This document shows positions 27,934 through 38,114 of a stretch of 48,953 nucleotides of DNA, piece by piece. The first letter of the stretch is position 1; every line of letters begins with the position of its first letter. The notes below the pieces were generated by a model. The model did no database searches, was not told where the DNA came from, and was given only the letters and a program-made list of their open reading frames with translations. The translations under genes and the position numbers were made by a program. This stretch comes from a virus. Its lineage: Duplodnaviria; Caudoviricetes. The DNA lies in IMG/VR virus record IMGVR_UViG_3300012665_001700, positions 1-48,953 of that record; one strand, written 5' to 3'.

Positions 27934-28355
27934 TACTGATATCACATAGAGGAAATATTAATGGAAGATTTAAAGATTTAGAAAACAAACCCGAATATAT
28001 TGAGAATGCGTTACGCTTGGGATATGATGTTGAAATTGATGTGTGGTTTATTGATGGTAAGTTTATGTTAGGACACGATGAACCACAATACGAAACTGAT
28101 TATAAATTTTTGATGAATGAGAAGTTATGGTGTCATGCTAAACACTTGGATGCATTATTTGAAATGAAAAAATATGCAATTCATTACTTTTGGCATGAAA
28201 CTGATACTGTGACTCTTACATCTAAAAATTATGTTTGGGCATATCCGGGCAAACAACCAATTAAAGGAAGTATAGCTTGTATGCCTGAATTAAAAAATGA
28301 TAATGTATTATTATGTAAAGGAATTTGTTCAGATTATATAAATGATTATAAATGA
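27930..28355 (+). CDS. short GDPD/PLC-like phosphodiesterase
   Basis: ISHRG, EN, DVEIDV, GHD, GICSDY. Confidence 0.78.
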   Translation: MILISHRGNINGRFKDLENKPEYIENALRLGYDVEIDVWFIDGKFMLGHDEPQYETDYKFLMNEKLWCHAKHLDALFEMKKYAIHYFWHETDTVTLTSKNYVWAYPGKQPIKGSIACMPELKNDNVLLCKGICSDYINDYK

Positions 28356-29023
28356 AAGTAGCATTATGTATCTCAGGAAAACCGAGAAGTTCTATGTTTT
28401 GTTATCCGTATATCTACGATGCATTTATGAATAACGAACACCAAGTTGATGTTTTTATTCATAGTTGGGATGAATGTAGAGCATTGGATTTATACAAACC
28501 AAAAAAATTGGAAATGAATTCCGATGCAGCTGCATTGAACATGTTACTTCCAATGTTAAATTTAAATGGTGTAAAAATCGAAGGAAACGTTCAACATAAT
28601 ACATTGATGTATTATTCTATCAAAGCGTGTTTTGATTTAATAGATGATGAATATGATATTATAATTAGAGCTAGATTTGATTTATTACTTCAACCAAAAT
28701 TTGATATCGAAAGTATATTGAGTGATTTAAAAAATAAAAAATATGACATCTATATACCAAATGAAGAATTTAATATGGGTGGATATAATGATCAATTAGC
28801 AATAGGAACGCCCTATGCAATGAAAATTTATTCAGATACATTTTTTAATCTAAATAAATTTGCAAATGAATTGGGTAGATGGCATCCTGAAACATTTTTA
28901 GGAAAACAATTAAAAGACAATGGTATAAATGTATATCAAACGCATTGGGATTATAGGTTAGTTAGAAATGTAGATGTAACTACACATTGGCCAGAAAATC
29001 CATACAAATTTTTAAACTTATAA
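28352..29023 (+). CDS. putative glycosyltransferase-like protein
   Basis: KVALCISGKPR, DVFIHSW, YDIIIRARFD, NDQLAIG; located in the glycan island. Confidence 0.6.
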   Translation: MKVALCISGKPRSSMFCYPYIYDAFMNNEHQVDVFIHSWDECRALDLYKPKKLEMNSDAAALNMLLPMLNLNGVKIEGNVQHNTLMYYSIKACFDLIDDEYDIIIRARFDLLLQPKFDIESILSDLKNKKYDIYIPNEEFNMGGYNDQLAIGTPYAMKIYSDTFFNLNKFANELGRWHPETFLGKQLKDNGINVYQTHWDYRLVRNVDVTTHWPENPYKFLNL

Positions 29024-29026
29024 AAT

Positions 29027-29629
29027 ATGAAAATAAAAATAGAAGTAGGTGCAAATAAAGGTACAGAAACTAAAGAAATGGCAAAAGATGGTTCAATTGT
29101 TTACGCATTTGAACCAACATATGAATTATTGATAGAATACCTGTGGCCACTAGCATACGAAAACAAAAACATAAGAATTTTACCTTTTGCGGTAGATTCG
29201 GAAAATTCATTTAAACAATTCAATATTGCCGGACATTGGGATTGGGGTTGTAGTAGTTTGTATGAATTTTCCGATAATTTAAATGAAACGTGGCCTGGAA
29301 GGGTTGATTTTAAAAAAACACACTCATATACAGTTCCAACTATTACATTACATGATTTTTGCGAATTATATAAAATTGAAACAATTGATTTTTTACACAT
29401 AGATGCGCAAGGAAATGATTTTAATGTTTTAAAATCTTTAGAAAATAAAATATCAATTGTAAAAGAAGGTGTAGTAGAAGCATCAAAAAATGTTGAATTG
29501 TATAAAAATACAAATAATAAAGTTGATAATATAAAAGAATATTTAAAATCAAATGGATTTGAGATAATAAATGAAACTATAAATGATGCGGTAGAAGCTG
29601 AAGTAAATATTCATTTCAAAAAAATATAA
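29027..29629 (+). CDS. FkbM-family SAM methyltransferase
   Basis: IEVGANKG, YAFEP, TITL, IDFLHIDAQGND. Confidence 0.85.
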   Translation: MKIKIEVGANKGTETKEMAKDGSIVYAFEPTYELLIEYLWPLAYENKNIRILPFAVDSENSFKQFNIAGHWDWGCSSLYEFSDNLNETWPGRVDFKKTHSYTVPTITLHDFCELYKIETIDFLHIDAQGNDFNVLKSLENKISIVKEGVVEASKNVELYKNTNNKVDNIKEYLKSNGFEIINETINDAVEAEVNIHFKKI

Positions 29630-29632
29630 AAT

Positions 29633-30373
29633 ATGGAAAAATTACCAATTAGTATAGGGATATTATCCTGGCATAGTGGACAAGTATTGGTAGATACTTT
29701 AACCACATATTACGAAAATGGTTTATTAGATATGGTAAACGATGTGAATATTCTATTTCAGGAAGTGACACCACAGGATATGGAAATCGCGAGACACTTT
29801 GGATTGGATTTCATAGGTTTACAAAAGAACATAGGAATAGGACAGGCATTCACTCGTTTAACTCAAAATGCAAAAGAAGATTACGTTTTAGTATTAGAAC
29901 ATGATTGGAATTTGATTGAAGATACACAAACCACATATGATAGATTAAAAAGAAGTTATCAAGCAATTGAAATGGGAATGAACGTTGTTCGTTTAAGACA
30001 TAGACGACAACCAGGAAATCCACATTTTTCATTTAGAAATATAGGTAAAGAACTTACTTATTATGATGATGAGATTGAATGTACCTCACCACACTTATTA
30101 GATTCATTACATTGGTTAGACCCATCGGTCGAATTCCCTGATTTGATAAAAAAATCGGAAGATATGTTTTGGACTACATCTCGTTATGGTAATTGGACAA
30201 ACAACCCATGTCTTTATAAGAAACAATTTTATTTAGATGTAGTTAGACCATTTGCAGGTGAAGGAATTGGATTGGAAGGAAATATTAGTAAATGGTGGGC
30301 ACAACAAGAATATAAAGTAGGACACAACGAAGGATTATTCATGCACAACGATTGGCAAAAATACGGAAGATAA
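29633..30373 (+). CDS. putative GT-A glycosyltransferase
   Basis: SIGILS, NIGIG, VLVLEHDW, WTNNPCL. Confidence 0.65.
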   Translation: MEKLPISIGILSWHSGQVLVDTLTTYYENGLLDMVNDVNILFQEVTPQDMEIARHFGLDFIGLQKNIGIGQAFTRLTQNAKEDYVLVLEHDWNLIEDTQTTYDRLKRSYQAIEMGMNVVRLRHRRQPGNPHFSFRNIGKELTYYDDEIECTSPHLLDSLHWLDPSVEFPDLIKKSEDMFWTTSRYGNWTNNPCLYKKQFYLDVVRPFAGEGIGLEGNISKWWAQQEYKVGHNEGLFMHNDWQKYGR

Positions 30374-30386
30374 AAATTATAATAAT

Positions 30387-31031
30387 ATGGCAAACGGAAT
30401 TTATAAAATAACAGAAGAATTTGAAAATGCATTAGGTGATTATACCGGTGCACCCTATGTAGTTACACTTGATAATATGAGTAATGCTTTATTTTTGGCA
30501 TTATACTACGAACATCATGTCAAAAAAAATATACCAAATGGAATAGTTTCTATACCTTGTAGAACATACCCATCTGTACCTTGTGAAATCATTCATGCAG
30601 GTTTGAAAGTTGATTTTGAACCTGTAAAGGGTAAAACTATAAAAGGTGCATACAATTTAAAAGGTAGTAATGTATGGGATAGTGCATTAAGTTTTACGGC
30701 AGATATGTACAAACCAGAAACACATATGTGTATTTCATTTACTGGTCCTTATAAACATTTTAAATTAAGTAAAGGTGGTGCTATTTTAACTGATAGTGAG
30801 GAAGCATATTTCTGGTTCAAAAGAGCAAGATATAGTGGTAGAAGAGAATGTTCATACCACGAAGACCACTTTGATATGTTAGGATGGAATTTTTATATGA
30901 TGCCAGAATTAGCTGCAAGAGGATTATTATTAATGAATCAATTTTATACAACAAGAGGTGATAAAAAAGTAAATGAGGATTTGGAATTACCATATCCAGA
31001 TTTATCTAAATTTGATATTTACAAACAATAG
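30387..31031 (+). CDS. compact DegT/DnrJ/EryC1/StrS PLP-dependent aminotransferase-like protein
   Basis: FENAL, NALFLAL, WDSA, SFTGPYKHF..KGGAILTD (PLP Lys), GWNFYM; only 214 aa. Confidence 0.8.
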   Translation: MANGIYKITEEFENALGDYTGAPYVVTLDNMSNALFLALYYEHHVKKNIPNGIVSIPCRTYPSVPCEIIHAGLKVDFEPVKGKTIKGAYNLKGSNVWDSALSFTADMYKPETHMCISFTGPYKHFKLSKGGAILTDSEEAYFWFKRARYSGRRECSYHEDHFDMLGWNFYMMPELAARGLLLMNQFYTTRGDKKVNEDLELPYPDLSKFDIYKQ

Positions 31032-31033
31032 TA

Positions 31034-31065
31034 TTTGGAAATATCAAATATATTTTGTATATTTA
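31034..31065 (+). promoter_or_regulatory. Bacteroidota-type promoter for the GT2-radical SAM cassette
   Basis: TTTG at 31034-31037, 20-nt spacer, TATATTTA at 31058-31065. Confidence 0.65.
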
Positions 31066-31083
31066 CTTTATAAAACATATTAC

Positions 31084-33258
31084 ATGCAAAATTTACTTTC
31101 TATAATAATTCCATCATACAATAGACATGAATTATTAGTAGATATTATAAATAAACTAACTAATAATTTCAAAACGTTAAATTTTGATGATTATGAAATT
31201 GTTGTTATAAACAATGGTACTAAGAAAAATACATCAACCAACGTTACTGAAAATACTAAAATATATAATTTTGAAGATAGAATGTATCCTGGCATTGCCA
31301 GAAATGTGGGTATAGAAAATTCTAAATCAGAATGGATTTGGTTTATTGATGATGATGATGAAGTATTATTTGAAAATATAAAAAATATATTAGATTTAAT
31401 AAATACATCCAAATTTGATGTAATTGCACATTCTTTAAAATTAAAATACAAAGAAGCAGAATCAAAAAATGAACTATTAGAAAATATTCTCTTATTTAAA
31501 GAAAAGCAAGAATTATTTAACTACATTTTTAAACGTGATATCGTAGAAAGTAACAAACTAAAATTTTCAGATGGACTCCATGAAGATATCAGATACGTTG
31601 CAGAATTGATTTTGTACTCAAAAGAAGTAAAAATATTAGATTATAAAGTATATAATAAAATTACTAGAGATGATTCTATTACTAGAAAATTAAATTCTGA
31701 TAGAATAGATGGATATATAAATGCAATATCGGAAATTCTAAATATAAATGAACCGACTATTCAAAATTTAAAAAATCAAATTATATTACAATCGTTGGGA
31801 ACGATTTTATATTTAATAAATAAATGTGATATAAGTGAAAAAAGTATTTTTATAAATTATCTGGAACAAAAGTTTCCTGATGAATTTAGAAAATGTATAA
31901 CTAAAAAATATACGGAAAAAAGTACTAATTTTAAATACGCATCATCTTTATTCTTAAATAAGACAAATACTGAAAAATTTATAGATGATTTGGATTATTG
32001 CTTCAAAAGTTATTTATCTTGTAAAGATTTAAAAAATTCTATATTCTTCGGACCAGGTGAAATAATTGGTTGTTGTAAACGTTTTTTCTACAAAGGAAAA
32101 ATGAAAGGAGATGTCGTACTAATGAACAATACAGCCGATATAACATTGAATAGTATATTGGATAGAAAAAAAGAAGTAGAAGATTTGATTAATGCGGATA
32201 GCTACGAAGAATGTGAAGGTTGTCCGTATTTGCAAAGATTTGAAAAAAATAATAATGAAAAAGTAAATTACATTTCTTTAGAGAACTTTACTTATTGTAA
32301 TATGAGATGTACATATTGTGCACCTAAATACTACGGAGGTAAAGAGCCTGCATATGATACCGATACTATAATATCTGATTTAATAAACGGTGAGTATTTA
32401 GGAAACGATGTTCACATTGTTTGGGGTGGTGGTGAACCTACATTAAAGCCTAAATTTGATGAAATAACAAATAAGTTATTAAATAGTGATAAGGTTTCTA
32501 AAATCAGAGTCCTCACCAATAGTCTTAGATTTTCCAATGCTTTGAGTGAAATGACAAGAAATGAAAAAATTAGAATAGTTACGAGCATAGATGCTGGAAG
32601 TCAAACTAAATTTAAAGAAGTACGGGGTAAAGGTGAAATTAGAAAAGTTTTAGAAAATCTTAAAATTTATAATCAAACCATAACTGCATCTGAAAATTTA
32701 ACTATAAAATATATTTTAACAGAGGATAACTATTATTCGGATGAATTGGAAGAATTTGTTAAAGTTATAAAAGAATTTGGATTTGAAAATAATTTTTTAC
32801 AAATAAGTTGTAACTTTAAATTAGAAACACCAACTCAAGAAATGACATATGCAATATATGAATTAGCTGGTAGGTTGTTGAATAATGGATTTCAATTTGT
32901 TTACTTTGATGATTTAATTAGAGATAGATTAAACATTTCAGAGGAACTAGCTGAAAACATAATAGAATTTTTAAAATCAAAAAATTTATTTCATAAAAAT
33001 ATACTATCACATCATAACCAACAAAATGCAATATTATGGGGAGATGGGTATCAATCCAAATGGATAAAGAATAAAACATTATTTGGTAAAAGTGGAAATA
33101 TTATTAAGGTTGTATCTAGTAAATCAGAATTAACCGATGATGATTTAAAAAGTGATACTCTAATATGCCCCGCAGCTATACAGTCATTGCCAGAAATATA
33201 CAAAGAAATTAAAAAATCAAACTTATTAGATAAAATTATATTTGCAATTTTCATATGA
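31084..33258 (+). CDS. GT2 glycosyltransferase fused to a radical SAM domain
   Basis: LSIIIPSYNR, ARNVG, WFIDDDD, HED (GT2); extra Cys cluster SC..GCC..CEGCP; CNMRCTYC, GGGEP, LTN, SID (radical SAM). Start moved to ATG 31084. Confidence 0.85.
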   Translation: MQNLLSIIIPSYNRHELLVDIINKLTNNFKTLNFDDYEIVVINNGTKKNTSTNVTENTKIYNFEDRMYPGIARNVGIENSKSEWIWFIDDDDEVLFENIKNILDLINTSKFDVIAHSLKLKYKEAESKNELLENILLFKEKQELFNYIFKRDIVESNKLKFSDGLHEDIRYVAELILYSKEVKILDYKVYNKITRDDSITRKLNSDRIDGYINAISEILNINEPTIQNLKNQIILQSLGTILYLINKCDISEKSIFINYLEQKFPDEFRKCITKKYTEKSTNFKYASSLFLNKTNTEKFIDDLDYCFKSYLSCKDLKNSIFFGPGEIIGCCKRFFYKGKMKGDVVLMNNTADITLNSILDRKKEVEDLINADSYEECEGCPYLQRFEKNNNEKVNYISLENFTYCNMRCTYCAPKYYGGKEPAYDTDTIISDLINGEYLGNDVHIVWGGGEPTLKPKFDEITNKLLNSDKVSKIRVLTNSLRFSNALSEMTRNEKIRIVTSIDAGSQTKFKEVRGKGEIRKVLENLKIYNQTITASENLTIKYILTEDNYYSDELEEFVKVIKEFGFENNFLQISCNFKLETPTQEMTYAIYELAGRLLNNGFQFVYFDDLIRDRLNISEELAENIIEFLKSKNLFHKNILSHHNQQNAILWGDGYQSKWIKNKTLFGKSGNIIKVVSSKSELTDDDLKSDTLICPAAIQSLPEIYKEIKKSNLLDKIIFAIFI

Positions 33259-34352
33259 AAAATAGATTAAAAGTAGCAATCATAGGTGGTGGGTTAAATT
33301 CGGCAGTAGGTTATGCACATTACTCCGCAATCGTTTTATCAAATAAATTTGAAATCGTTTGTGGAAATTTTAGTAGGAATGGTGACACCAATAATAAAAC
33401 CGCAGAAGTGTATGGAGTTACTAAGTTATACAATGATTATAAAGTAATGTTATCAGAACAAAAATATAATATAGATGCTGTTGTTATACTAACACCCAGT
33501 GATCAACATTTTGAACAATTGATGTATATTACTGAATTGAAAATACCTATTGTTTGTGAAAAATCATTAATAGCAAACAATTCAGAACTACAAGAATTAA
33601 AAGCAAAAAATAAAGATAATTTTATAGCAGTTGTTTTTAATTATCTATGCTATCCTATGTTGAAAGAATTGAGGGAAATTATCAAAAGAGGTGATTTAGG
33701 AAAGATATTACAAATTCAAATTGAAATGCCACAAGAAGGGTTTTTAAAACATAATTTGGGACAACCACTCAAACCACAAGGTTGGAGATTAATTGATGGA
33801 GAAGTTCCGACATTATCATTGGATTTGGCAACACATACATATTCAATTGTAAAATTCTTAACGGAGGAACAACCTATTGAAGTTGTTGCGGTTGAAAATA
33901 ATTTTGGAAATTTTGAAAACGTAGTAGATGATATAAACTGTATTGTAAAATATACGAATAATATAGTTTGTAATATGTGGTATAGTAAAGTTGCATTGGG
34001 TAATAGAAATGGATTGAGAGTTAGAATATACGGAACTAATGGAAGTGCGGAGTGGTATCAATTAGAACCAGAAATGATACACATATCAGATAAAACAGGA
34101 AAAGTATCAGTTGTGGATAGGGGTTCGGAAAATTTAATAGTAGCAAATCAATTTAAATATAATAGATTTAAAGTAGGACATCCAGTTGGTTTCATAGAAG
34201 CTCTTGCAAACTTTTACGAAGATGTTTATGATGATTTTCACAAAGTAAATGATGTAAAAGTAACTTATGGTATAGAGGAATCCGAAGAGTGTATTAAATT
34301 ATTAGAAGCTATTTCAAAATCTGCAAGAAATAGAAACTGGATTAAAATATGA
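33255..34352 (+). CDS. Gfo/Idh/MocA-family NAD(P)-dependent oxidoreductase
   Basis: VAIIGGG, ILTPSDQH, CEKS, DLATH, IYGTNGS. Confidence 0.88.
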   Translation: MKNRLKVAIIGGGLNSAVGYAHYSAIVLSNKFEIVCGNFSRNGDTNNKTAEVYGVTKLYNDYKVMLSEQKYNIDAVVILTPSDQHFEQLMYITELKIPIVCEKSLIANNSELQELKAKNKDNFIAVVFNYLCYPMLKELREIIKRGDLGKILQIQIEMPQEGFLKHNLGQPLKPQGWRLIDGEVPTLSLDLATHTYSIVKFLTEEQPIEVVAVENNFGNFENVVDDINCIVKYTNNIVCNMWYSKVALGNRNGLRVRIYGTNGSAEWYQLEPEMIHISDKTGKVSVVDRGSENLIVANQFKYNRFKVGHPVGFIEALANFYEDVYDDFHKVNDVKVTYGIEESEECIKLLEAISKSARNRNWIKI

Positions 34353-35503
34353 AAAAAGTTTTATTGTTAGATACTAATGTTGCATCATTTCCGATTTATG
34401 AATTCTTACTTAAAAACGGATATGATGTATATGTTGCGGGTGGTAAAGTAAATGATTGTTTGGCTAAATATACAGAAAAATATATTAACTTTGATTATTC
34501 TGATATAGATTTATTAAATAGAGTAATAGATGAGTATAGTTTTGATTATTTGGTTCCTGGTTGTAATGATATGTCTTATATATGTGCAACAAAAGCAAAT
34601 AATAATTCTAAATTTTTTGGATTGGATACCACCGAAAATTCCGAATTGATAAATAATAAACTCAAGTTTAGGAAATTTGCAATAGATAATAAATTAAATG
34701 TTCCACAAATATATTCAAAAGATGGAGCATATAAATCAAATGAACCAATAATAGTAAAACCAGTTGATGCTTATAGTGGCAGAGGTGTATCGGTTGTAAA
34801 AACTAATAGCAAACAATATATAGATGATGCAATAAGCAATGCAATTCAATATTCAAAGAATGGTGAATGTGTTATAGAAGAATATGTTGAAGGACAATTA
34901 TATAGCCATAGTGCATTTTTACGAAACAAAGAAATTTTTATTGATTTTTTTGTGATAGAAGATGGAACTACTAACAAATTCACAGTTGATACCAGCCACG
35001 TTGTTTATGATTTTCCTACTGAAATACAAATCGAAATTAAAAAACAAATTGAAACGATTGCAGAAAAGCTAAATTTAGTAGATGGATTAATTCATACTCA
35101 ATTTATTAAAACAAAAAATTCTTTTAAAATAATTGAAGTAACAAGGAGATGTCCGGGTGATTTGTATAATTTTTTAATAGAAAATTCAACAGGATTTAAT
35201 TATGCAGAATTTTATACCAGACCATTTATTAACCAAAAAATTGATGGTACTAATATAAAAACTAAAAATGATTATATATTAAGACATACTATATCCGTAG
35301 ATAAACTTACAGGTTTTATAGGAATTGAATTCAATGAAGAAGTGAGTATAAAACAATTTATACCTATGGCTATAACGGGAGATATACTTAAAGAAAGTCC
35401 TTTTAGTAGATTTGGACTTATTTTTGTTGAATGTAAATCATATGAAAATTTAAAAAGTTTATATCATAATATCTTAAATAGAAAATTTTATCAATTGAAA
35501 TAA
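34349..35503 (+). CDS. ATP-grasp fold ligase
   Basis: NKLKFR, IIVKPVDAYSGRGV, IEEYVEG, IHTQF, IIEVTRRCPG. Confidence 0.85.
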   Translation: MKKVLLLDTNVASFPIYEFLLKNGYDVYVAGGKVNDCLAKYTEKYINFDYSDIDLLNRVIDEYSFDYLVPGCNDMSYICATKANNNSKFFGLDTTENSELINNKLKFRKFAIDNKLNVPQIYSKDGAYKSNEPIIVKPVDAYSGRGVSVVKTNSKQYIDDAISNAIQYSKNGECVIEEYVEGQLYSHSAFLRNKEIFIDFFVIEDGTTNKFTVDTSHVVYDFPTEIQIEIKKQIETIAEKLNLVDGLIHTQFIKTKNSFKIIEVTRRCPGDLYNFLIENSTGFNYAEFYTRPFINQKIDGTNIKTKNDYILRHTISVDKLTGFIGIEFNEEVSIKQFIPMAITGDILKESPFSRFGLIFVECKSYENLKSLYHNILNRKFYQLK

Positions 35504-35504
35504 T

Positions 35505-36134
35505 ATGAACAATACCATAAGTTTTATTTATGTACCTTATATCCACTTTGAAGCATATAAATACTCTCTTCAAAATCTGAGAGAACATTATCCAGAATCA
35601 GATGTATTCATTTATTTTGATTCTTTTAGAGATGATATTGAAAAGTATAAAGAGATTGCATTGGAATATAATTGTAAATTTATATTAAGAGATGAGAAGG
35701 TTTTTTATACAGATAGAAATGCTTCATTTGAAATTAATAGTAAAAAAATGATTGAGATATCAAAAAGACTTATACATTCATGTGAAAATACAAACTCAGA
35801 ATGGATGATGATTTTTGAAGAAGATGTTATAATAAAAAAGAAAATAGAAAACTTTCCAAAAGCAGATGTTGGTACGGCTAGATGTTATTTCAGGCCAGGT
35901 GGAGGTTCGGTATTTAAAAGATTGGCATACTTAGATGCAATAAAAAAAGCCGATATACCAAAAATTATGGAAACTACTATAAATGGAAGTTGGGCAGCAG
36001 ATGTTGTATTGGAAAATGTACTTAGATTAAACGAAGCAACTTTTGAAGAATGGAGGGAATTGGCAGAACCGGAACATCGTGATAACCTTCCTCACTCCGT
36101 TTATCATGGTTATAAAGATTTATACAATAAATAA
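35505..36134 (+). CDS. putative GT-A glycosyltransferase-like protein
   Basis: LREHYPE, WMMIFEEDV, GGGSVF, AADV; island context. Confidence 0.55.
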   Translation: MNNTISFIYVPYIHFEAYKYSLQNLREHYPESDVFIYFDSFRDDIEKYKEIALEYNCKFILRDEKVFYTDRNASFEINSKKMIEISKRLIHSCENTNSEWMMIFEEDVIIKKKIENFPKADVGTARCYFRPGGGSVFKRLAYLDAIKKADIPKIMETTINGSWAADVVLENVLRLNEATFEEWRELAEPEHRDNLPHSVYHGYKDLYNK

Positions 36135-36141
36135 AAAAAAT

Positions 36142-36768
36142 ATGAAAGAAGAGGTAAAAAAACTATTTGTATGGCCAGATGAGATGCCAAATGTACCAAA
36201 AGATTCACATCATTGGTTCGGTGAAGGGAATAAACGTGTTCTAAATAATTTAATAGATGAATTAAATCCTGAGTTTATTCTAGAATTGGGTAGTTGGACC
36301 GGTGCAGGATCTACCAGTTTTATTTTAAATAAAGCACCAAATTCACAATTGGTTTGTATAGATCATTGGGGAACTGAATTACATATTCACGTCAAACAGA
36401 AAGCTTGGGAAACAACACCGGAAGAATTACAACGTATCAAAACATTGTGGGAAACATTTTTGGTAAATACGTGGGAGCATAAAAATCATTTGACACCTAT
36501 TAGAAAAACAACCATTGATGGTTTACAATTTTTAAAACCATTGAATATACCTTTTGGTTTAATTTATATAGATGCACATCATGATTACGAAAGTGTATTA
36601 CATGATATAACGATTTCAGGTGAAATATGGCCTGATGCTGTTATATGTGGAGATGATTATAATTGGCCCGATGGTGGAGTTAGTAGTGCAGTAAACGAAT
36701 ATGCTGATAAAAATAATTTAAACGTAATTGTAAATGAACAATGTTGGTATTATAGTAAAAAAAGTTAA
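36142..36768 (+). CDS. class I SAM-dependent methyltransferase (Methyltransf_24-like)
   Basis: ILELGSWTG.S, CIDHW, LIYIDAHHDYESV, ICGDDY; start moved to ATG 36142. Confidence 0.85.
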   Translation: MKEEVKKLFVWPDEMPNVPKDSHHWFGEGNKRVLNNLIDELNPEFILELGSWTGAGSTSFILNKAPNSQLVCIDHWGTELHIHVKQKAWETTPEELQRIKTLWETFLVNTWEHKNHLTPIRKTTIDGLQFLKPLNIPFGLIYIDAHHDYESVLHDITISGEIWPDAVICGDDYNWPDGGVSSAVNEYADKNNLNVIVNEQCWYYSKKS

Positions 36769-36777
36769 TAAAATAAT

Positions 36778-37629
36778 ATGAAAGATGTAGTTATTGGATG
36801 TATAACAAATTATACTTTTGAAAATATAAAAATATTTGTAAATTCATTAGAAAGAAGTGGATTTGATGGATATAAAGTTATGGTGGTATATAATGTACCA
36901 AAATCAACAGTTGATGAATTACAAAATAGAGGATGGATTGTAATGTCATTTAATTATGATGAGAAAAATCAATGGTATGTTTATAAAGATAAATTTATAG
37001 TAACGGTTGATAGGCATTTACATTATTATTTAGCATTACAACAATTGGATGAACAATTTGGTGATATTAGATATGTTATAGCGCCAGATCCCAAAGATGT
37101 GATATTTCAGTTAAATCCTTCAAAGTGGTTGGAAGAAAATTTAGGCGATAAGAAAATAAATGTAGGATCTGAAAGTGTTAAATACAAAGATGAAACTTGG
37201 GGAAGAAGTAATTTAATAGAAAGTTTTGGTGAAGTGATATATGATAGATGTAAAGATAATTTAATATATAACGCAGGAACCATCGCAGGTGAGTGGAAAT
37301 CAATGTGTGAAATGTTTATCAATGTTTATTTAATGTGTCAGGGAAGTCCAAGTATGACTCCGGACCAAGCTGCATTGAATGTTACATTATCATTGGAGCC
37401 ATTCAAATCCATCACAAGATTTACACCATCCGAAGATAGTTGGGCATGTCAAGCTGGTACAACGGTTGACCCAATTAAATTGGAACAATATGGTAATAAA
37501 TTAGTAGAACCATCACCATATTTAGATGGAGATATTGTTAAAACGAATATAGGAACTCCATTTACTTTGGTCCATCAATATGATAGAATACCTGAATGGA
37601 ATGTGGTACTTACAAAAAAATATGAATAA
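36778..37629 (+). CDS. putative GT-A glycosyltransferase
   Basis: FVNSL.RSGF, DPKDVIFQ.NP, NAGTIAG, DQAALN, VHQYDR. Confidence 0.65.
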   Translation: MKDVVIGCITNYTFENIKIFVNSLERSGFDGYKVMVVYNVPKSTVDELQNRGWIVMSFNYDEKNQWYVYKDKFIVTVDRHLHYYLALQQLDEQFGDIRYVIAPDPKDVIFQLNPSKWLEENLGDKKINVGSESVKYKDETWGRSNLIESFGEVIYDRCKDNLIYNAGTIAGEWKSMCEMFINVYLMCQGSPSMTPDQAALNVTLSLEPFKSITRFTPSEDSWACQAGTTVDPIKLEQYGNKLVEPSPYLDGDIVKTNIGTPFTLVHQYDRIPEWNVVLTKKYE

Positions 37630-38114
37630 TGATTATAGGAACTGGTGATATAGCATCAATATTAAGTGATAGGAAAGGTGCAATATTTTTTGCTGCTGGA
37701 GTTTCAAATTCATCGGAAACAAGAGAATCTGAATTTAATCGTGAATACGAATTATTAGATAAGCAAGATAGAAACAAGTGTATATTTTATTTTAGTTCAA
37801 TTGTATTAGACGATATTACAAAAAATAATGATTATTTTGCACATAAAAGAAGAATGGAATTACTTGTAAAATCTAATTTTGAAAACTATAATATTATTAG
37901 AATTGGTAATATTACATGGGGAAATAATCCAAATACTTTTATTAACCACATTAGAAATAAAATTAAAAACGGAGAACCTGTTGAAATAAAAGATGAATTT
38001 AAATATTTGATTGATAAGGAGCAACTGCTTTTATTAACAAATAACCTACCATTGGTAGGTCAAAACACAATAAGCGTATTTGGCAGAATGGCCAAAGTAA
38101 AAGAATTAATATGA
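37629..38114 (+). CDS. short NAD-dependent epimerase/dehydratase-like (SDR) protein
   Basis: IIGTGDIA, FAAGVSNS, YFSS, YFAHK (YxxxK), IIRIGN. Confidence 0.72.
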   Translation: MIIGTGDIASILSDRKGAIFFAAGVSNSSETRESEFNREYELLDKQDRNKCIFYFSSIVLDDITKNNDYFAHKRRMELLVKSNFENYNIIRIGNITWGNNPNTFINHIRNKIKNGEPVEIKDEFKYLIDKEQLLLLTNNLPLVGQNTISVFGRMAKVKELI

